The translations under genes and the position numbers were made by a program. Shown piece by piece: positions 8,925-18,925 of a DNA stretch of 64,000 nt. A model generated the notes under the pieces. That model worked only from the letters and a program-made list of their open reading frames with translations. It was not told where the DNA came from and did not search any database. How positions within the stretch are numbered: the first letter of the stretch is position 1; every line of letters starts with the position of its first letter. Origin of the DNA: a bacterium (GTDB lineage: Bacteria; Sumerlaeota; Sumerlaeia; SLMS01; JAHLLQ01); assembly GCA_020444065.1 (NCBI GenBank), contig JAHLLQ010000010.1, forward strand, positions 11,677 through 75,676, read 5' to 3'.

Positions 8925-9629
8925 ATGAAGTACTCTCGGGCGTTTTTACTGATGATCCTGGTGGCGGCGATGTTCGCGACAACGGGATGCAAGCACGCCG
9001 TGACGTTCGAGCGTCATGTGCCTTACCAGGCGCCAGATTACTACGATGCGCCACTGATCGTGGTCGTTCCGAACGACATCGACGAGGTGCAGTATTCGGC
9101 GCGGCTTGGGCTGTTTCCAGAGCCGAAGTCGTTTAAGATTTTCTACGGCCAGGCTCTGAAGGAAGAGACGGCGGCGCGGTTTGCGCGCATGTACAATCGC
9201 ATCGTCATCATCGACGAGATGATGTACGAAGAGGCGACGGACCCGGTCACGGCTTCCATCCAGGGAACCGAATTGAACATGGGCACGTACGACTACGAGT
9301 TCGACAGCGCGTCGGAAATCGATGCCGATCTGCTGAAGATTCTACAGAGTCCGGACGGGTATCTGCTGCGGTATCGATCGATCGATTTCTATATGGAGGA
9401 CAAGAAGACGATCCTGTCCGTGAATGCGGAATTCACGGATCGGTTCACGGGCCAGACGCTGTTCGAGGGGCGGATCTCGGGCGCAGGCGATTCGATTATC
9501 GAATATAACGCGATCGGAAATCTGAAGCAGGAACTGAAGCGTTCGACGATCGGGGCCTGCACGGCAGTGCTGGTGCGATTAAGTCGAACGATGGTCGACG
9601 GTATCGAGGGTCCGCAGTACCGCGGATAG
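8925..9629 (+). CDS. Hypothetical lipoprotein
   Basis: Signal peptide ending ATTGC, upstream RBS-like aagga, host-like codon usage. Confidence 0.65.
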   Translation: MKYSRAFLLMILVAAMFATTGCKHAVTFERHVPYQAPDYYDAPLIVVVPNDIDEVQYSARLGLFPEPKSFKIFYGQALKEETAARFARMYNRIVIIDEMMYEEATDPVTASIQGTELNMGTYDYEFDSASEIDADLLKILQSPDGYLLRYRSIDFYMEDKKTILSVNAEFTDRFTGQTLFEGRISGAGDSIIEYNAIGNLKQELKRSTIGACTAVLVRLSRTMVDGIEGPQYRG

Positions 9630-9714
9630 GGCTCGGCAATCCTGGCATTTGAATGGCTTTACAGACCCTTGCGGGGCACGCGCACCGGCGCATTGCCCCG
9701 CGACGATGATGATT

Positions 9715-10743
9715 ATGACCGATGAGAATGGTACCAACCAGGAAACATTTACCGCCCCGCCGGAATCGGCGGGCGTTCGGCTCGATACGTGGCTGGGCCG
9801 GCGGCAGGAGGTTCACAGCCGGACGTTCTTTCAGCAATTGATCAAGGACGGCCGAGTTCTGGTGAACGGCGAACCGGCGAAGCGCAGCATGACCCTGGAG
9901 GGCGGCGAGGAGGTGACGATTGACTTCCCGCCGGCGGAAGATCCGTGGCCGCATCCTCAAGATATCCCGATCGATGTGTTGCACGAGGATGACGATATCA
10001 TCGTCGTGAACAAGGCGTCGGGGATGGTGGTGCATCCGGCAGCAGGTAATCCGGACGGGACGCTGGTGAATGCGTTGTTGCATCGCTTCCCGGATCTGCC
10101 GGGGATCAACGGTGTGAAGCGCCCGGGGCTCGTGCATCGGTTGGACCGTGAGACGAGCGGTGTGCTGGTGATCGCGAAGAACGACCAGGCGATGAAGATT
10201 CTCTCGGGCCAGATTCGCGAGCGGATCATGAAGCGGCGCTACCTGGCGCTGGTGATCGGCGAGCCGGATTGGGATGTTCACACGGTGGAGGCGGCGATCG
10301 GTCGTCACGAGCATTATCGCATCAAGCGTTCGGTGGATGGCGCGGGTGCGAAGAACGCGATCACGCACTTGCATTTGCTGGGGCGGTTGCGCGGGTTTTC
10401 GTTGCTGGAGTGTCGGCTCGATACGGGACGGACGCACCAGATTCGCGTGCATTGCACGCACATCGGTCTGCCTATTGTGGGCGATGAATTGTATGGTGGG
10501 ACGCAACACCGTGCGCTTGAGAAGGTTCGTAACGAGGAATCGGAAATCCGGACGGCGTTCCTGCGTTTCGGTCGGCCGTTTCTGCACGCGCGGTTGCTTC
10601 GATTCCGTCATCCGGCGGATGGCCGTTGGGTGGAATTCTGTGCACCGATTCCGGATGATATGAAGACTTTGTTGGAAGTGCTGGTTCCACGAATCGACGT
10701 GGAGCGTTTGATGCCGGAAACCGGCGATGAGGATGGTTCATGA
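9715..10743 (+). CDS. rluD: RluA/RluD-family 23S rRNA pseudouridine synthase
   Basis: S4 domain, VVNKASGMVVHP, RPGLVHRLDRETSG, LDTGRTHQIRVH and PIVGDELYG. Confidence 0.9.
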   Translation: MTDENGTNQETFTAPPESAGVRLDTWLGRRQEVHSRTFFQQLIKDGRVLVNGEPAKRSMTLEGGEEVTIDFPPAEDPWPHPQDIPIDVLHEDDDIIVVNKASGMVVHPAAGNPDGTLVNALLHRFPDLPGINGVKRPGLVHRLDRETSGVLVIAKNDQAMKILSGQIRERIMKRRYLALVIGEPDWDVHTVEAAIGRHEHYRIKRSVDGAGAKNAITHLHLLGRLRGFSLLECRLDTGRTHQIRVHCTHIGLPIVGDELYGGTQHRALEKVRNEESEIRTAFLRFGRPFLHARLLRFRHPADGRWVEFCAPIPDDMKTLLEVLVPRIDVERLMPETGDEDGS

Positions 10744-11783
10744 GTGACGCGCGATGGAAGCACCTGGGGCTTGGGTATCTCGTTGCAGCGGTCTTCGTGA
10801 TGGTCGCGTCTGTGGGTTTTGCGCAGGCGCCGCCGATGAAGGGGGTGGCGCTGGGGTTGTATGCGTCGGATCCGGATTATGACTACGGGTATGCGATCAA
10901 GGAGATCGCCGACACGGGCGCGAATACGGTCAGTCTGCTGGTGGTGTTGATGCAGGAGAACGGGACGTCGTCGCGGATGTATGCGCGGCCGGGACGGACG
11001 GTGCCGGATGCGACGTTGCGGCGGACGATGGCTGAGGCACGCGAGGCGGGGCTGGATGTGATGTTGTTTCCGATCGTGCTGCTGGAAGACCCGGGCGAGG
11101 ACGAGTGGCGCGGCAACATGCAGCCGGAATCGATCACGACGTGGTACGATACGTATCAGCGTTGGATGGTTCACTATGCGCGGATCGCCGCGGAAGGCGA
11201 TGCGGCATGGTTCAGCATCGGAAGCGAGTTGTCTTCGCTGGAATCGGACGATGGTTACTGGCGCGAAACGATCGCAGCGGTGCGACAGGAGTTCCCCGGC
11301 AAGTTGTTGTACTCGTGCAACTGGGACCACCTGACGGGGCCGTCGTGGTGGGATGCGCTGGATGCGATCGGGCTGTCATCGTACTACGAACTGGCGGATG
11401 ACCTGGATGCGTCGCAGGAAGACCTGAATGAATCGTGGATTGAGTGGCGAGACTGGATTCTGGCGTGGAGGTTGCGGACGACTCCGGACAAGCCGCTGAT
11501 TCTGACGGAGGTGGGTTATCCTTCGCTGGACGGCGGCGCAGTCTATCCGTGGAACTACACGCTGGAGTCGGAGGTCGATCTGGAGGAACAGCGTCGCGCG
11601 TACGAGGCTTTCATCAATGCGTGGGACGGGCGCCCGGAACTGGATGGCGTGTTCTTCTATGAGTGGCTGGATTTCAAGGGCGGTTCGCAGCGGGGATATT
11701 CTCCGCGCGGGAAGCCGGCGGAAGTACACTTGCGGACCTGGTACGAGGGCAGCCAGTCTCCGGCGACCAGCGAGGGGCAGTAA
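10740..11783 (+). CDS. Secreted glycoside hydrolase, GH113-like
   Basis: Signal peptide, MKGVAL, WRG, IGSEL (acid/base), YSCNWD, LDAIGLSSYYEL, LTEVGYPS (nucleophile) and YSPRGKPAE. Confidence 0.8.
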   Translation: MSDARWKHLGLGYLVAAVFVMVASVGFAQAPPMKGVALGLYASDPDYDYGYAIKEIADTGANTVSLLVVLMQENGTSSRMYARPGRTVPDATLRRTMAEAREAGLDVMLFPIVLLEDPGEDEWRGNMQPESITTWYDTYQRWMVHYARIAAEGDAAWFSIGSELSSLESDDGYWRETIAAVRQEFPGKLLYSCNWDHLTGPSWWDALDAIGLSSYYELADDLDASQEDLNESWIEWRDWILAWRLRTTPDKPLILTEVGYPSLDGGAVYPWNYTLESEVDLEEQRRAYEAFINAWDGRPELDGVFFYEWLDFKGGSQRGYSPRGKPAEVHLRTWYEGSQSPATSEGQ

Positions 11784-11811
11784 CGGATCATCAACCTGGA
11801 GGACGATACCG

Positions 11812-12159
11812 ATGCCGATGACTTTTCCGGCGAACACGCGGCTGATCAACACGCCGCTGCCTTACATGGATGAATTCAATGAGCACATCGGGGAGGCGCT
11901 GAAGGCGGCGCCGGCAATTCCGCCCGAGACGATGGCGCGGCTGTACGCGGCGGCGCTCGTGCCGTATTACCATTTCTGTCAGGAGCGCGGGGAGCAGTTG
12001 TGGCCGCCGCCGGATCAGACGCGGGAGCGGCTGACGTTCGAGTGGGGTCGGCTGTTCAAGCCGGATTTCGGTCGTGCGGATATCGTGGCGGTGATCAAGT
12101 GCCTGGCCGAGCGCGGTTCGAGCGGGGAGACGTTGATCAAGTATGTGTTGGGCGGCTGA
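11812..12159 (+). CDS. Hypothetical protein
   Basis: RBS ggagga before ATG 11812, host-like codon usage, follows the GH113 gene. Confidence 0.6.
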   Translation: MPMTFPANTRLINTPLPYMDEFNEHIGEALKAAPAIPPETMARLYAAALVPYYHFCQERGEQLWPPPDQTRERLTFEWGRLFKPDFGRADIVAVIKCLAERGSSGETLIKYVLGG

Positions 12160-12195
12160 ACCAAGGCGTTCTCATCAAACTGCGTGATATGAAAT

Positions 12196-12226
12196 CGCCC
12201 CATCGAGTTTGAAGCTCGATGGGGCG
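12196..12226. terminator. Hairpin between convergent genes
   Basis: cgccccatcgag and ctcgatggggcg form a perfect 12-bp stem. Confidence 0.7.
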
Positions 12227-12256
12227 TTGAATTTGTGATCTGCAGTCGCCAGTGTC

Positions 12257-12442
12257 TTACATCCAGTGTCTGGCCCAGACGTGGGCGGAGCCGCACCATC
12301 GCCATTCGATCGGGATTGAGAGGCTGACGGTCCACACGATCATCGTGATGAACATCGAACAGCCGGTGAGGAATGCCCGCGTGGCGTGATATGCGCGGCG
12401 GGTTTTTTCGAATGTTCCTGTGCCTTCCGATTCCTCGTTCAT
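12257..12442 (-). CDS. Small membrane protein
   Basis: RBS ggaga before MNEESEG and one hydrophobic segment. Confidence 0.5.
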   Translation of the reverse strand: MNEESEGTGTFEKTRRAYHATRAFLTGCSMFITMIVWTVSLSIPIEWRWCGSAHVWARHWM

Positions 12443-12491
12443 GGCGGCGTCTCCTTGTCGGGATCTGACCAACTGGGTGGGAGAGACCGGG

Positions 12492-13184
12492 TTACTTCGC
12501 AGGGATGAAGAGGCGCTGTCCCTTGAGGGGGCGCGCGCCAGGCGGAAGGTGGTTCGCCTTCTTCAGCGCGTCGAGGCTGACGCCGTTCTTCGCGGCGATG
12601 GACTCGAGGGAGTCACCGGATTCGATCGTGTAGTAGTGGCCGCGCGGGGTGGTCGGCTTGGGAGCCGGCTTCGGTGCGGTCGAGACGGCCACGGTCTTCA
12701 CGGCGGGCTTGGTCTGGGTCTTGGTTTCGTGAACGACGGGTTTGGGCTCGGTCCTGGTTTCCTGGGCAGCACTGCGAATGGTCTCGCGGATGATGTCCTT
12801 GTCCGAGGAAGCACCGGCCAGCGGGGGAGAGCCGTGGGTGCTGGTGGCGGGCTTGCTGGCCGAGGCGATGACGGTCTGGCCGGTCTCGAGCTTGGAAAGG
12901 CGAGCTTCGAGCTGCTCGATGCGGTTCACCACGTCGATTTCGCCGGAGGCATCGGGGGACAGCGCACGCAGATTGGAGACCTGATCCTTCAGGACGGTCA
13001 CATCACCCATGAGGGTACGGACTTCTTTGACGAGTTCCTGATTCTCGGTCTTCATCTCGTCGACTTCCGCGAATTTCTTGCGAATGACGGGCGAGTTTTC
13101 GGGTTTGGCGGAACAGGCCGCCATCGACAGTACAACGATGGAAATTGCGAGAAACTTGAACAACCAGAGCGTGCGCCGGAACAT
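12492..13184 (-). CDS. LysM-domain lipoprotein with coiled coil
   Basis: Lipobox MAAC, coiled coil, Pro/Thr/Lys linker and C-terminal YYTIESGDSLESIAAKNGVSLDALKKAN..LKGQRLFIP. Confidence 0.88.
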   Translation of the reverse strand: MFRRTLWLFKFLAISIVVLSMAACSAKPENSPVIRKKFAEVDEMKTENQELVKEVRTLMGDVTVLKDQVSNLRALSPDASGEIDVVNRIEQLEARLSKLETGQTVIASASKPATSTHGSPPLAGASSDKDIIRETIRSAAQETRTEPKPVVHETKTQTKPAVKTVAVSTAPKPAPKPTTPRGHYYTIESGDSLESIAAKNGVSLDALKKANHLPPGARPLKGQRLFIPAK

Positions 13185-13340
13185 GGAAGGGACTCCTTTT
13201 GGGACGGGGCGAAGTGCAGAATTGCGGGCGGTGCTGTGCGCAATGAGCCCGCTGCATCCGTACCGATCACCGGAACCGAGCAAATCGAACAACGACAAGA
13301 AAAAAATCAGGCGCGTTGGAAGTTTTTTGAGGTCAGACGT

Positions 13341-14174
13341 CTAGCCCTGGCCAAGTTCCTTCGACCGGTTGGTTGCGGCTTCGATAGCAGCGACCATGGT
13401 TTCGAGGAATTTGCCTTCTTCGAGGACTTCCATTCCGGCCTGGGTCGTGCCGTTGGGGCTGGTAACCTGGCGGCGGAGTTCCTCGGGGGTGAGGCGGTGT
13501 TGCTTGGCCATGAGAGCGGAGCCGTAGACCATCTGGAGGACGAGACGATGGGCGTCTTCCTCGGGGATGCCAAGCTTCCGACCGGCCTTGTAGAGGATTT
13601 CGATGAGGTAGAAGACGTAGGCGGGCCCGGAGCCGGTGAGGCCGGTGATGGCGTCCATGAGATCGGGTTCGACGACGGCAGTGACGCCGACGCTGGCGAA
13701 GAGGGCCTGGGTGAGGAGGACGTCCTCGTCGGTGGCGTGCTCGCCGGGGGAAACAGCCGTGGCGCCGGCCTGGATCAGGGCCGGGGTATTGGGCATGGTG
13801 CGAACGACGCGCGGCTTCGGGTTCAGGTCGTTGCGGATCTCGTTCTCGATCGTCTCGGTGCGTGTGCCGGCGATGATGGAGATGAAGAGGTGCTCCGAGC
13901 GTGTGAAGGGGGCGATCTCGGTGAGGACGCGGCGCTGGTCCTGGGGCTTCACGGCAAGGAGGACGATGTCGCATTCCTCGACGATAGCCTGGTTGTTTTC
14001 CTTTGGGACGACGCCGAGGGAATCGGCCAACTGGGCCAGGCGGTCCTTGCGGACGTCGGACATCATGATGCGGCTGGGCGAAACGAGGGTGGCCGCGGTG
14101 ATGCCGCGGGCGAGGGCCTCGGCCATGTTGCCGGCGCCGATGAATCCGATTTGTACGTGATGCAGTCTCTTCAT
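13341..14174 (-). CDS. proC: Pyrroline-5-carboxylate reductase
   Basis: IGFIGAGNMA, LAVKPQ, VRTMPNTP, TGLTGSGPAY and VTSPNGTT. Confidence 0.96.
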   Translation of the reverse strand: MKRLHHVQIGFIGAGNMAEALARGITAATLVSPSRIMMSDVRKDRLAQLADSLGVVPKENNQAIVEECDIVLLAVKPQDQRRVLTEIAPFTRSEHLFISIIAGTRTETIENEIRNDLNPKPRVVRTMPNTPALIQAGATAVSPGEHATDEDVLLTQALFASVGVTAVVEPDLMDAITGLTGSGPAYVFYLIEILYKAGRKLGIPEEDAHRLVLQMVYGSALMAKQHRLTPEELRRQVTSPNGTTQAGMEVLEEGKFLETMVAAIEAATNRSKELGQG

Positions 14175-14192
14175 TGTACCGTCTCCGTGATC

Positions 14193-15659
14193 TTACTTCA
14201 CTCTCCAGAAGTTCCTCGAGAACAGAACGAGAATGGCGAACAGTTCCAATCGACCCAGGACCATGAAGAGCGAGAGGAGCCATTTCGCCGGGAGCGATTG
14301 ATGCGCGAAATTCGCAGTGGGCCCGATGGCGTCGAGGCCGGGCCCGATGTTGTTCAGCGTTGCGACGACGGAACTGATCGATGTGAGAACCGATTGGTGC
14401 GGCATTGCAAACGCAATGGCTACACTGCCCAGGATCGCGATGCCCATGTAAAGGAAGAAGAACGCGAGAACTTCGCGAACTATGTCATCCCCGATGGGAC
14501 GACCACCGAGTTTCAGGCGACGCACACGGCGCGGGGAGATTTTGCTTTGGATTTCGTGGTAACCAGCTTTGAAGAGAATGATCCAACGAATGACCTTCAG
14601 TCCGCCGCCGGTCGAACCGGCGCAGCCACCGAAGAACATCAGAATCAGCAACATGATGCGCGCGGCGTTCGGCCATTGCTGGAAATCGACTGTTCCAAAA
14701 CCGGTTGTTGTTTTCAATGCGACGACGGTGAAGAAGGCGTCGCGAAAATTGAAGGAACCGGGTTTCGAAACGGCGGGCGTTTCGTGCACGTAGAGGAGGA
14801 CGGCAATGACAACCGCGGAACCTATGATGATCGAAATGTAACTTAGGAATTCCGGATCGCGGAAGTAGTCAAATCGGCCCTGGACGGCGCGTAGGTGGAG
14901 ACTGAAGTTCGTGCCGGCAATGACCATGAAGATGATAATACACCATTCGATCATGGGGCTGGCGAAGGCAAGAACGCTGGTGTTCTTTGTGGAGAAACCG
15001 CCGGTCGCCATGGTGGCCATCGCATGGTTGATCGCGTCGTAAAATGACATTCCAAGTATCATCAAAGCGATGGCTTCGATGACGTTAAAGGCAATGTAGA
15101 TTTTCCACAGCGCAACGGCTGTGTCTTTGATGCGTGGGGTGAGGCCTTCGGGAACGGGGCCGGGGACCTCCTGCTTAAACAATGCGCGACCACCGACACC
15201 GAGCATTGGAAGAATCGCGACAAACAAAACAATAATCCCCAGGCCACCGAGGAAGTGTAAGAAGGAACGCCAGAGCAAGATCGATTTCGGATGATCTTCT
15301 ATGGTTGTGAGAATTGTCGATCCTGTGGTGGTGAGGCCGGACATGCTTTCGAAGTAGGCGTCGGTGTAGGTCGGGGCGACTCCGGTAAGGAAGAGCGGGA
15401 GTGCGGCAACGCCAGCGGCGAGAATCCACCCGAGGCCGACGATGGCGAGCGCTTCGCGCCGAAAGACATCCCCGGTCGCATCCCGACCGATCAAATAGAG
15501 AATGACGGCAAAGAGGAATCCGCCGGCCATGGCTTCTGCGATGCGGCCGAGAGCGTGCCATTCGTTATAGTAAATCGCGAAGGGTACAATGAGGACTTCG
15601 AGAAGGGTGAGAAACCCGAGCAGAATTCCGAGATAGCGACAGAGGAGTCGAATATTCAT
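14193..15659 (-). CDS. trkH: Trk potassium uptake membrane protein
   Basis: FESMSGLTTTG, GGLGII, TGGFS, GGCAGSTGGGLKVIR, NNIGPG and GRLE. Confidence 0.95.
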   Translation of the reverse strand: MNIRLLCRYLGILLGFLTLLEVLIVPFAIYYNEWHALGRIAEAMAGGFLFAVILYLIGRDATGDVFRREALAIVGLGWILAAGVAALPLFLTGVAPTYTDAYFESMSGLTTTGSTILTTIEDHPKSILLWRSFLHFLGGLGIIVLFVAILPMLGVGGRALFKQEVPGPVPEGLTPRIKDTAVALWKIYIAFNVIEAIALMILGMSFYDAINHAMATMATGGFSTKNTSVLAFASPMIEWCIIIFMVIAGTNFSLHLRAVQGRFDYFRDPEFLSYISIIIGSAVVIAVLLYVHETPAVSKPGSFNFRDAFFTVVALKTTTGFGTVDFQQWPNAARIMLLILMFFGGCAGSTGGGLKVIRWIILFKAGYHEIQSKISPRRVRRLKLGGRPIGDDIVREVLAFFFLYMGIAILGSVAIAFAMPHQSVLTSISSVVATLNNIGPGLDAIGPTANFAHQSLPAKWLLSLFMVLGRLELFAILVLFSRNFWRVK

Positions 15660-15677
15660 AATATCGCGGCGGCGCCC

Positions 15678-17048
15678 CTAGCGTTCCGGAATCGATCCGG
15701 GTTGGAACAGGCGATCGAGTTCATCGGCCGCGGCGGCTTCGGCGATGGCGATGACGATGTCGCCGGGGCGAATGATACTGTCACCGCGCGGAATGGTGAC
15801 ATCGAGGCCGTGCACGACGGCGCCGACGAGTGTGCCCTTTGGAAGTTCAATGTCCTTCAACGGCTGGCCGACGATCGCGGATTTGGAAACCGCCTGGTAT
15901 TCGTTGACCTCGATCTGGCCTTCTTCCAGCAGCGTAACGGAGCGAATCTTTCCCTGCTTCACGAGAGTCATGATTCGATTCGCTGCGACGATGCGCGGAG
16001 AGATGGCGACATCGATACCGACCTTCTCCACAACGCGAACGTAGTCGGGTCGATCGATCAAGCATGCGGTGCGATCGACTTTGAGTTCCTTTGCCAGGAG
16101 TGCGGACATGACGTTTGATTCATCGTCTCCGGTGGCTGCGATGAAGGCGTCCATCTTGTGGATTTGTTCTTCGCGAAGGAATTGAATATTCGTGCAATCG
16201 CCATGCAGCATGACGGCGCGGTGAAGGCGCTCGCCGGCAAGTTCGCAACGGGCGCGATCGGTATCGATCAGATAGACCTGGTGATTGCGTTCTTCCAATT
16301 GCTCGGCAAGGTACAATCCCGTTTCGCCGGCCCCTGCGATTGCCACACGAAGACGTTTCGGGGGACGAATTTCCTGCTCGGTATCGAATTCGGGATGAAT
16401 GCGATCGAGGACTTCGGGAAGTCCGATCAATGTCACGCGATCTCCGGTTTCTAACATGGTATCGCCGGACGGAGTAAATGTTTTTCCTCCGCGGCGAATG
16501 TTGGCGATGAGCATTCCGGAGGGGAACTTGAGGTCCTTCAGTTGGCTCATCGAGAAGGGGCTGAAGGGCGACATAAGAACAGTTCGCAGTTCGAGTCGGC
16601 CGCGGGCGAGCGACCGGACTGCAAGGGCCGCGGGGTTTTCTACAAAACCAACCAGCTCGAGTGCCGAGAGAATCTCCGGCGAAAGCAACAAGTCGATGCC
16701 GAGCGGATCGCGGAAGTTAACATCGGCCATATCAAGGTAGAATCGCGAATGGACGCGCGCGACGACTCGTGGGACGCCGATTCGCTTCGCCACGTAGGCC
16801 GCGATCAGGTTGGTATTGTCCTGGTCGGTGACGGCGAGAAGCAAGTAGGGCTGCTCGCCGGCGAGGGCTTGCTTCAAAACATCCGGATCGCATCCGTTTC
16901 CGGAAAGAGTCTGGATGTCGAGGTGGTCTTCGAGATCGCCGAGTCTTCGCGAATCGGAATCGACGACGATGACGTCGTGCCGATCGCGCGTCAGATGGCT
17001 GGCAATGTTCGAGCCGACGGTTCCGGCTCCTACGATTACGATGCGCAT
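15678..17048 (-). CDS. trkA: Trk potassium uptake NAD-binding subunit
   Basis: Two RCK N/C pairs (IVIVGAGTVG and AIAGAGETG), adjacent to trkH. Confidence 0.94.
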   Translation of the reverse strand: MRIVIVGAGTVGSNIASHLTRDRHDVIVVDSDSRRLGDLEDHLDIQTLSGNGCDPDVLKQALAGEQPYLLLAVTDQDNTNLIAAYVAKRIGVPRVVARVHSRFYLDMADVNFRDPLGIDLLLSPEILSALELVGFVENPAALAVRSLARGRLELRTVLMSPFSPFSMSQLKDLKFPSGMLIANIRRGGKTFTPSGDTMLETGDRVTLIGLPEVLDRIHPEFDTEQEIRPPKRLRVAIAGAGETGLYLAEQLEERNHQVYLIDTDRARCELAGERLHRAVMLHGDCTNIQFLREEQIHKMDAFIAATGDDESNVMSALLAKELKVDRTACLIDRPDYVRVVEKVGIDVAISPRIVAANRIMTLVKQGKIRSVTLLEEGQIEVNEYQAVSKSAIVGQPLKDIELPKGTLVGAVVHGLDVTIPRGDSIIRPGDIVIAIAEAAAADELDRLFQPGSIPER

Positions 17049-17060
17049 AGACGGACTCTC

Positions 17061-18473
17061 TTAGAAGGCGCCCTTGCCTTTCAAGACGGCGGGCACGGTG
17101 CGAATCAGAATCTCTGTGTCGAGCAAGAGCGACTGATTCTTAATATAATAGAAGTCGTACTCCATATTCAAATGCAGCGGCAGGTTTTTTCGCCCGACAA
17201 CTTGCCAGAGGCCGGTGACGCCGGGTTTCACGTCGAGGCGGCGCTTCTGCCATTCTTCATATTGCTCGACGATGAAGGGCATTTCGGGACGCGGCCCGAC
17301 CATGGACATATCGCCCTTCAGAACGTTCCACAGTTGCGGCAGTTCGTCGAGGCTCGTCTTGCGGAGCCAGCGTCCGACGCGGGTGATGCGCGGGTCTTCC
17401 TGGCTGGTCGGCGCGACAGCATAGGCCTCCGCATTCGTGTGCATGGTGCGGTATTTGTAGAGACGGAATTTGCGTCCATCGCGTCCAACGCGTTCCTGCG
17501 CGAAGATTGCCGTGCCGGGCGAGTCCTTTCGAATCCAAAGGACGATCCACCAATGGAAGAGCAGGATCCAGGTGGCGACTCCGATCAGGGAGACGCTGAG
17601 ATCGAAGGCGCGCTTTGCGACGGCCTGGTGAATCGGCAGGTGGCCGTCGCGCAGCGTGACGACGGGGAACTGCGCAATTTCATCGACCTTCGCGCGCGAT
17701 GTGATAACGCCAAACAGGTTGGAGACGAGTTGAATGCGGAGGCCTCGGAGTTCGCTGAGGCTGATCAGGTTGAGTTGCTCGTCGGGCGAAAGGTGCGGAA
17801 CGGCGAGGAAGACTTCTTCGATTTGATGGCGATGGGTGATTTCTTCGAGTTCGAAGGCATCGCCGAGCATGGGAATGTCTTTGGGGAGATCCGCGGAGTC
17901 CTGGTCGTTCGGATGGCGGACAAAACCAACCATCTCGAACCCAACGTCAGCGTGCCGGAGAAGGGACTCGTGGACCTCGGCGGCGAGTTCGCCGGTGCCG
18001 ACGATGGCAGCTCGGACGAGGCCGCGGCCGCGTTGGAAGGCGCTCCATTTGAGGCGACGGACGGCGGTCCGGCTGGCGTAGAGGTAGATAAACCCATACA
18101 GGCCGGCGAGCAGGATAACGGCGCGGCCGAGATCGAGTTCCTTCAGGAAGTAGCCGATCACCATCATGTAGAGCAGGTAGTGGTAGCTAGCCTTGATAAG
18201 GGCGCCCCACGCGTTAAGCGACGAAAGGCGCCGGCGAACGACGTACAGGCCAAACAGCGAGCAGTTAATCAGGCCCGTGAGGACGACGAGAGCGAAGGCG
18301 TGCTTGTAGGGTTCAAACTCGTTGATGGGACCCATCCAGCGACCGAGGGCGGCGCGCGATTCGTAGGCGATCCACCAGGACGCGCTGAAGCCGAGAATGT
18401 CGGCAACGACGAGAAGCACCGTGGGCCACGGTGTCTTCCAGATCGAACCGTTGTTCTTTGAATCGCGCATCAT
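17061..18473 (-). CDS. Polyprenyl-phosphate glycosylphosphotransferase (WcaJ/WbaP family)
   Basis: Four N-terminal TM helices, CoA-binding-like domain, [35 protein letters not shown] and [10 protein letters not shown]. The ORF-track start 18884 is too long. Confidence 0.92.
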   Translation of the reverse strand: MMRDSKNNGSIWKTPWPTVLLVVADILGFSASWWIAYESRAALGRWMGPINEFEPYKHAFALVVLTGLINCSLFGLYVVRRRLSSLNAWGALIKASYHYLLYMMVIGYFLKELDLGRAVILLAGLYGFIYLYASRTAVRRLKWSAFQRGRGLVRAAIVGTGELAAEVHESLLRHADVGFEMVGFVRHPNDQDSADLPKDIPMLGDAFELEEITHRHQIEEVFLAVPHLSPDEQLNLISLSELRGLRIQLVSNLFGVITSRAKVDEIAQFPVVTLRDGHLPIHQAVAKRAFDLSVSLIGVATWILLFHWWIVLWIRKDSPGTAIFAQERVGRDGRKFRLYKYRTMHTNAEAYAVAPTSQEDPRITRVGRWLRKTSLDELPQLWNVLKGDMSMVGPRPEMPFIVEQYEEWQKRRLDVKPGVTGLWQVVGRKNLPLHLNMEYDFYYIKNQSLLLDTEILIRTVPAVLKGKGAF

Positions 18474-18604
18474 GGCGACCATTGCCCACCAGGACTGCCC
18501 ACGGGCGCAACCGAATCGATGCAGCAGGGGGTTCTCATTGTCCCATCTCGGAAGCGCTTGCGCTTCAGCGGGGAAGGCCGCACATTGCCGGTATGGAGGC
18601 GCCC

Positions 18605-18922
18605 ATGGCGAAGTCGACCCCTGAATCGGAACATCGTCTGCCTTACCAGGAGGCTCTTGGTTTGCTGGAGACGCGTGGGCTGGTGCCGGCGCTTGAGGCG
18701 GCGGATGCGATGCTGAAGGCGGCCCAGGTCGAGTTGCTGGGGCATGAGCGTATCGGCGGCGGCGTGGTGACGGTGATGATCCGCGGGGATGTGGGCGCGG
18801 TGCGGTCGGCGATCGATGCGGGAACAGAGGCAGCGCGCCGCGTGGGTGAGTTGCTGGGCGTTCATGTGATTCCGCGTCCCGCACGCGAGGTGGATGGCAT
18901 TCTGCCGGGGGATGGCGAGTAG
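18605..18922 (+). CDS. Bacterial microcompartment hexameric shell protein (PduA/EutM-like)
   Basis: [40 protein letters not shown] and HVIPRP. RBS ggagg. Confidence 0.93.
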   Translation: MAKSTPESEHRLPYQEALGLLETRGLVPALEAADAMLKAAQVELLGHERIGGGVVTVMIRGDVGAVRSAIDAGTEAARRVGELLGVHVIPRPAREVDGILPGDGE

Positions 18923-18925
18923 GTC

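Noticed and set aside
12420..14846. 808-aa plus-strand ORF and other long antisense ORFs (4327-5631, 16542-18461, 20114-21625, 39363-41282, 50237-51883)
   Set aside because: They are shadow frames opposite well-supported genes, which is common in high-GC DNA.
18552..18559. AAGCGCTT between the WcaJ-like and BMC genes as part of the LacI regulon
   Set aside because: It is a single 8-mer with no matching flanks or second site, and could occur by chance in 64 kb.
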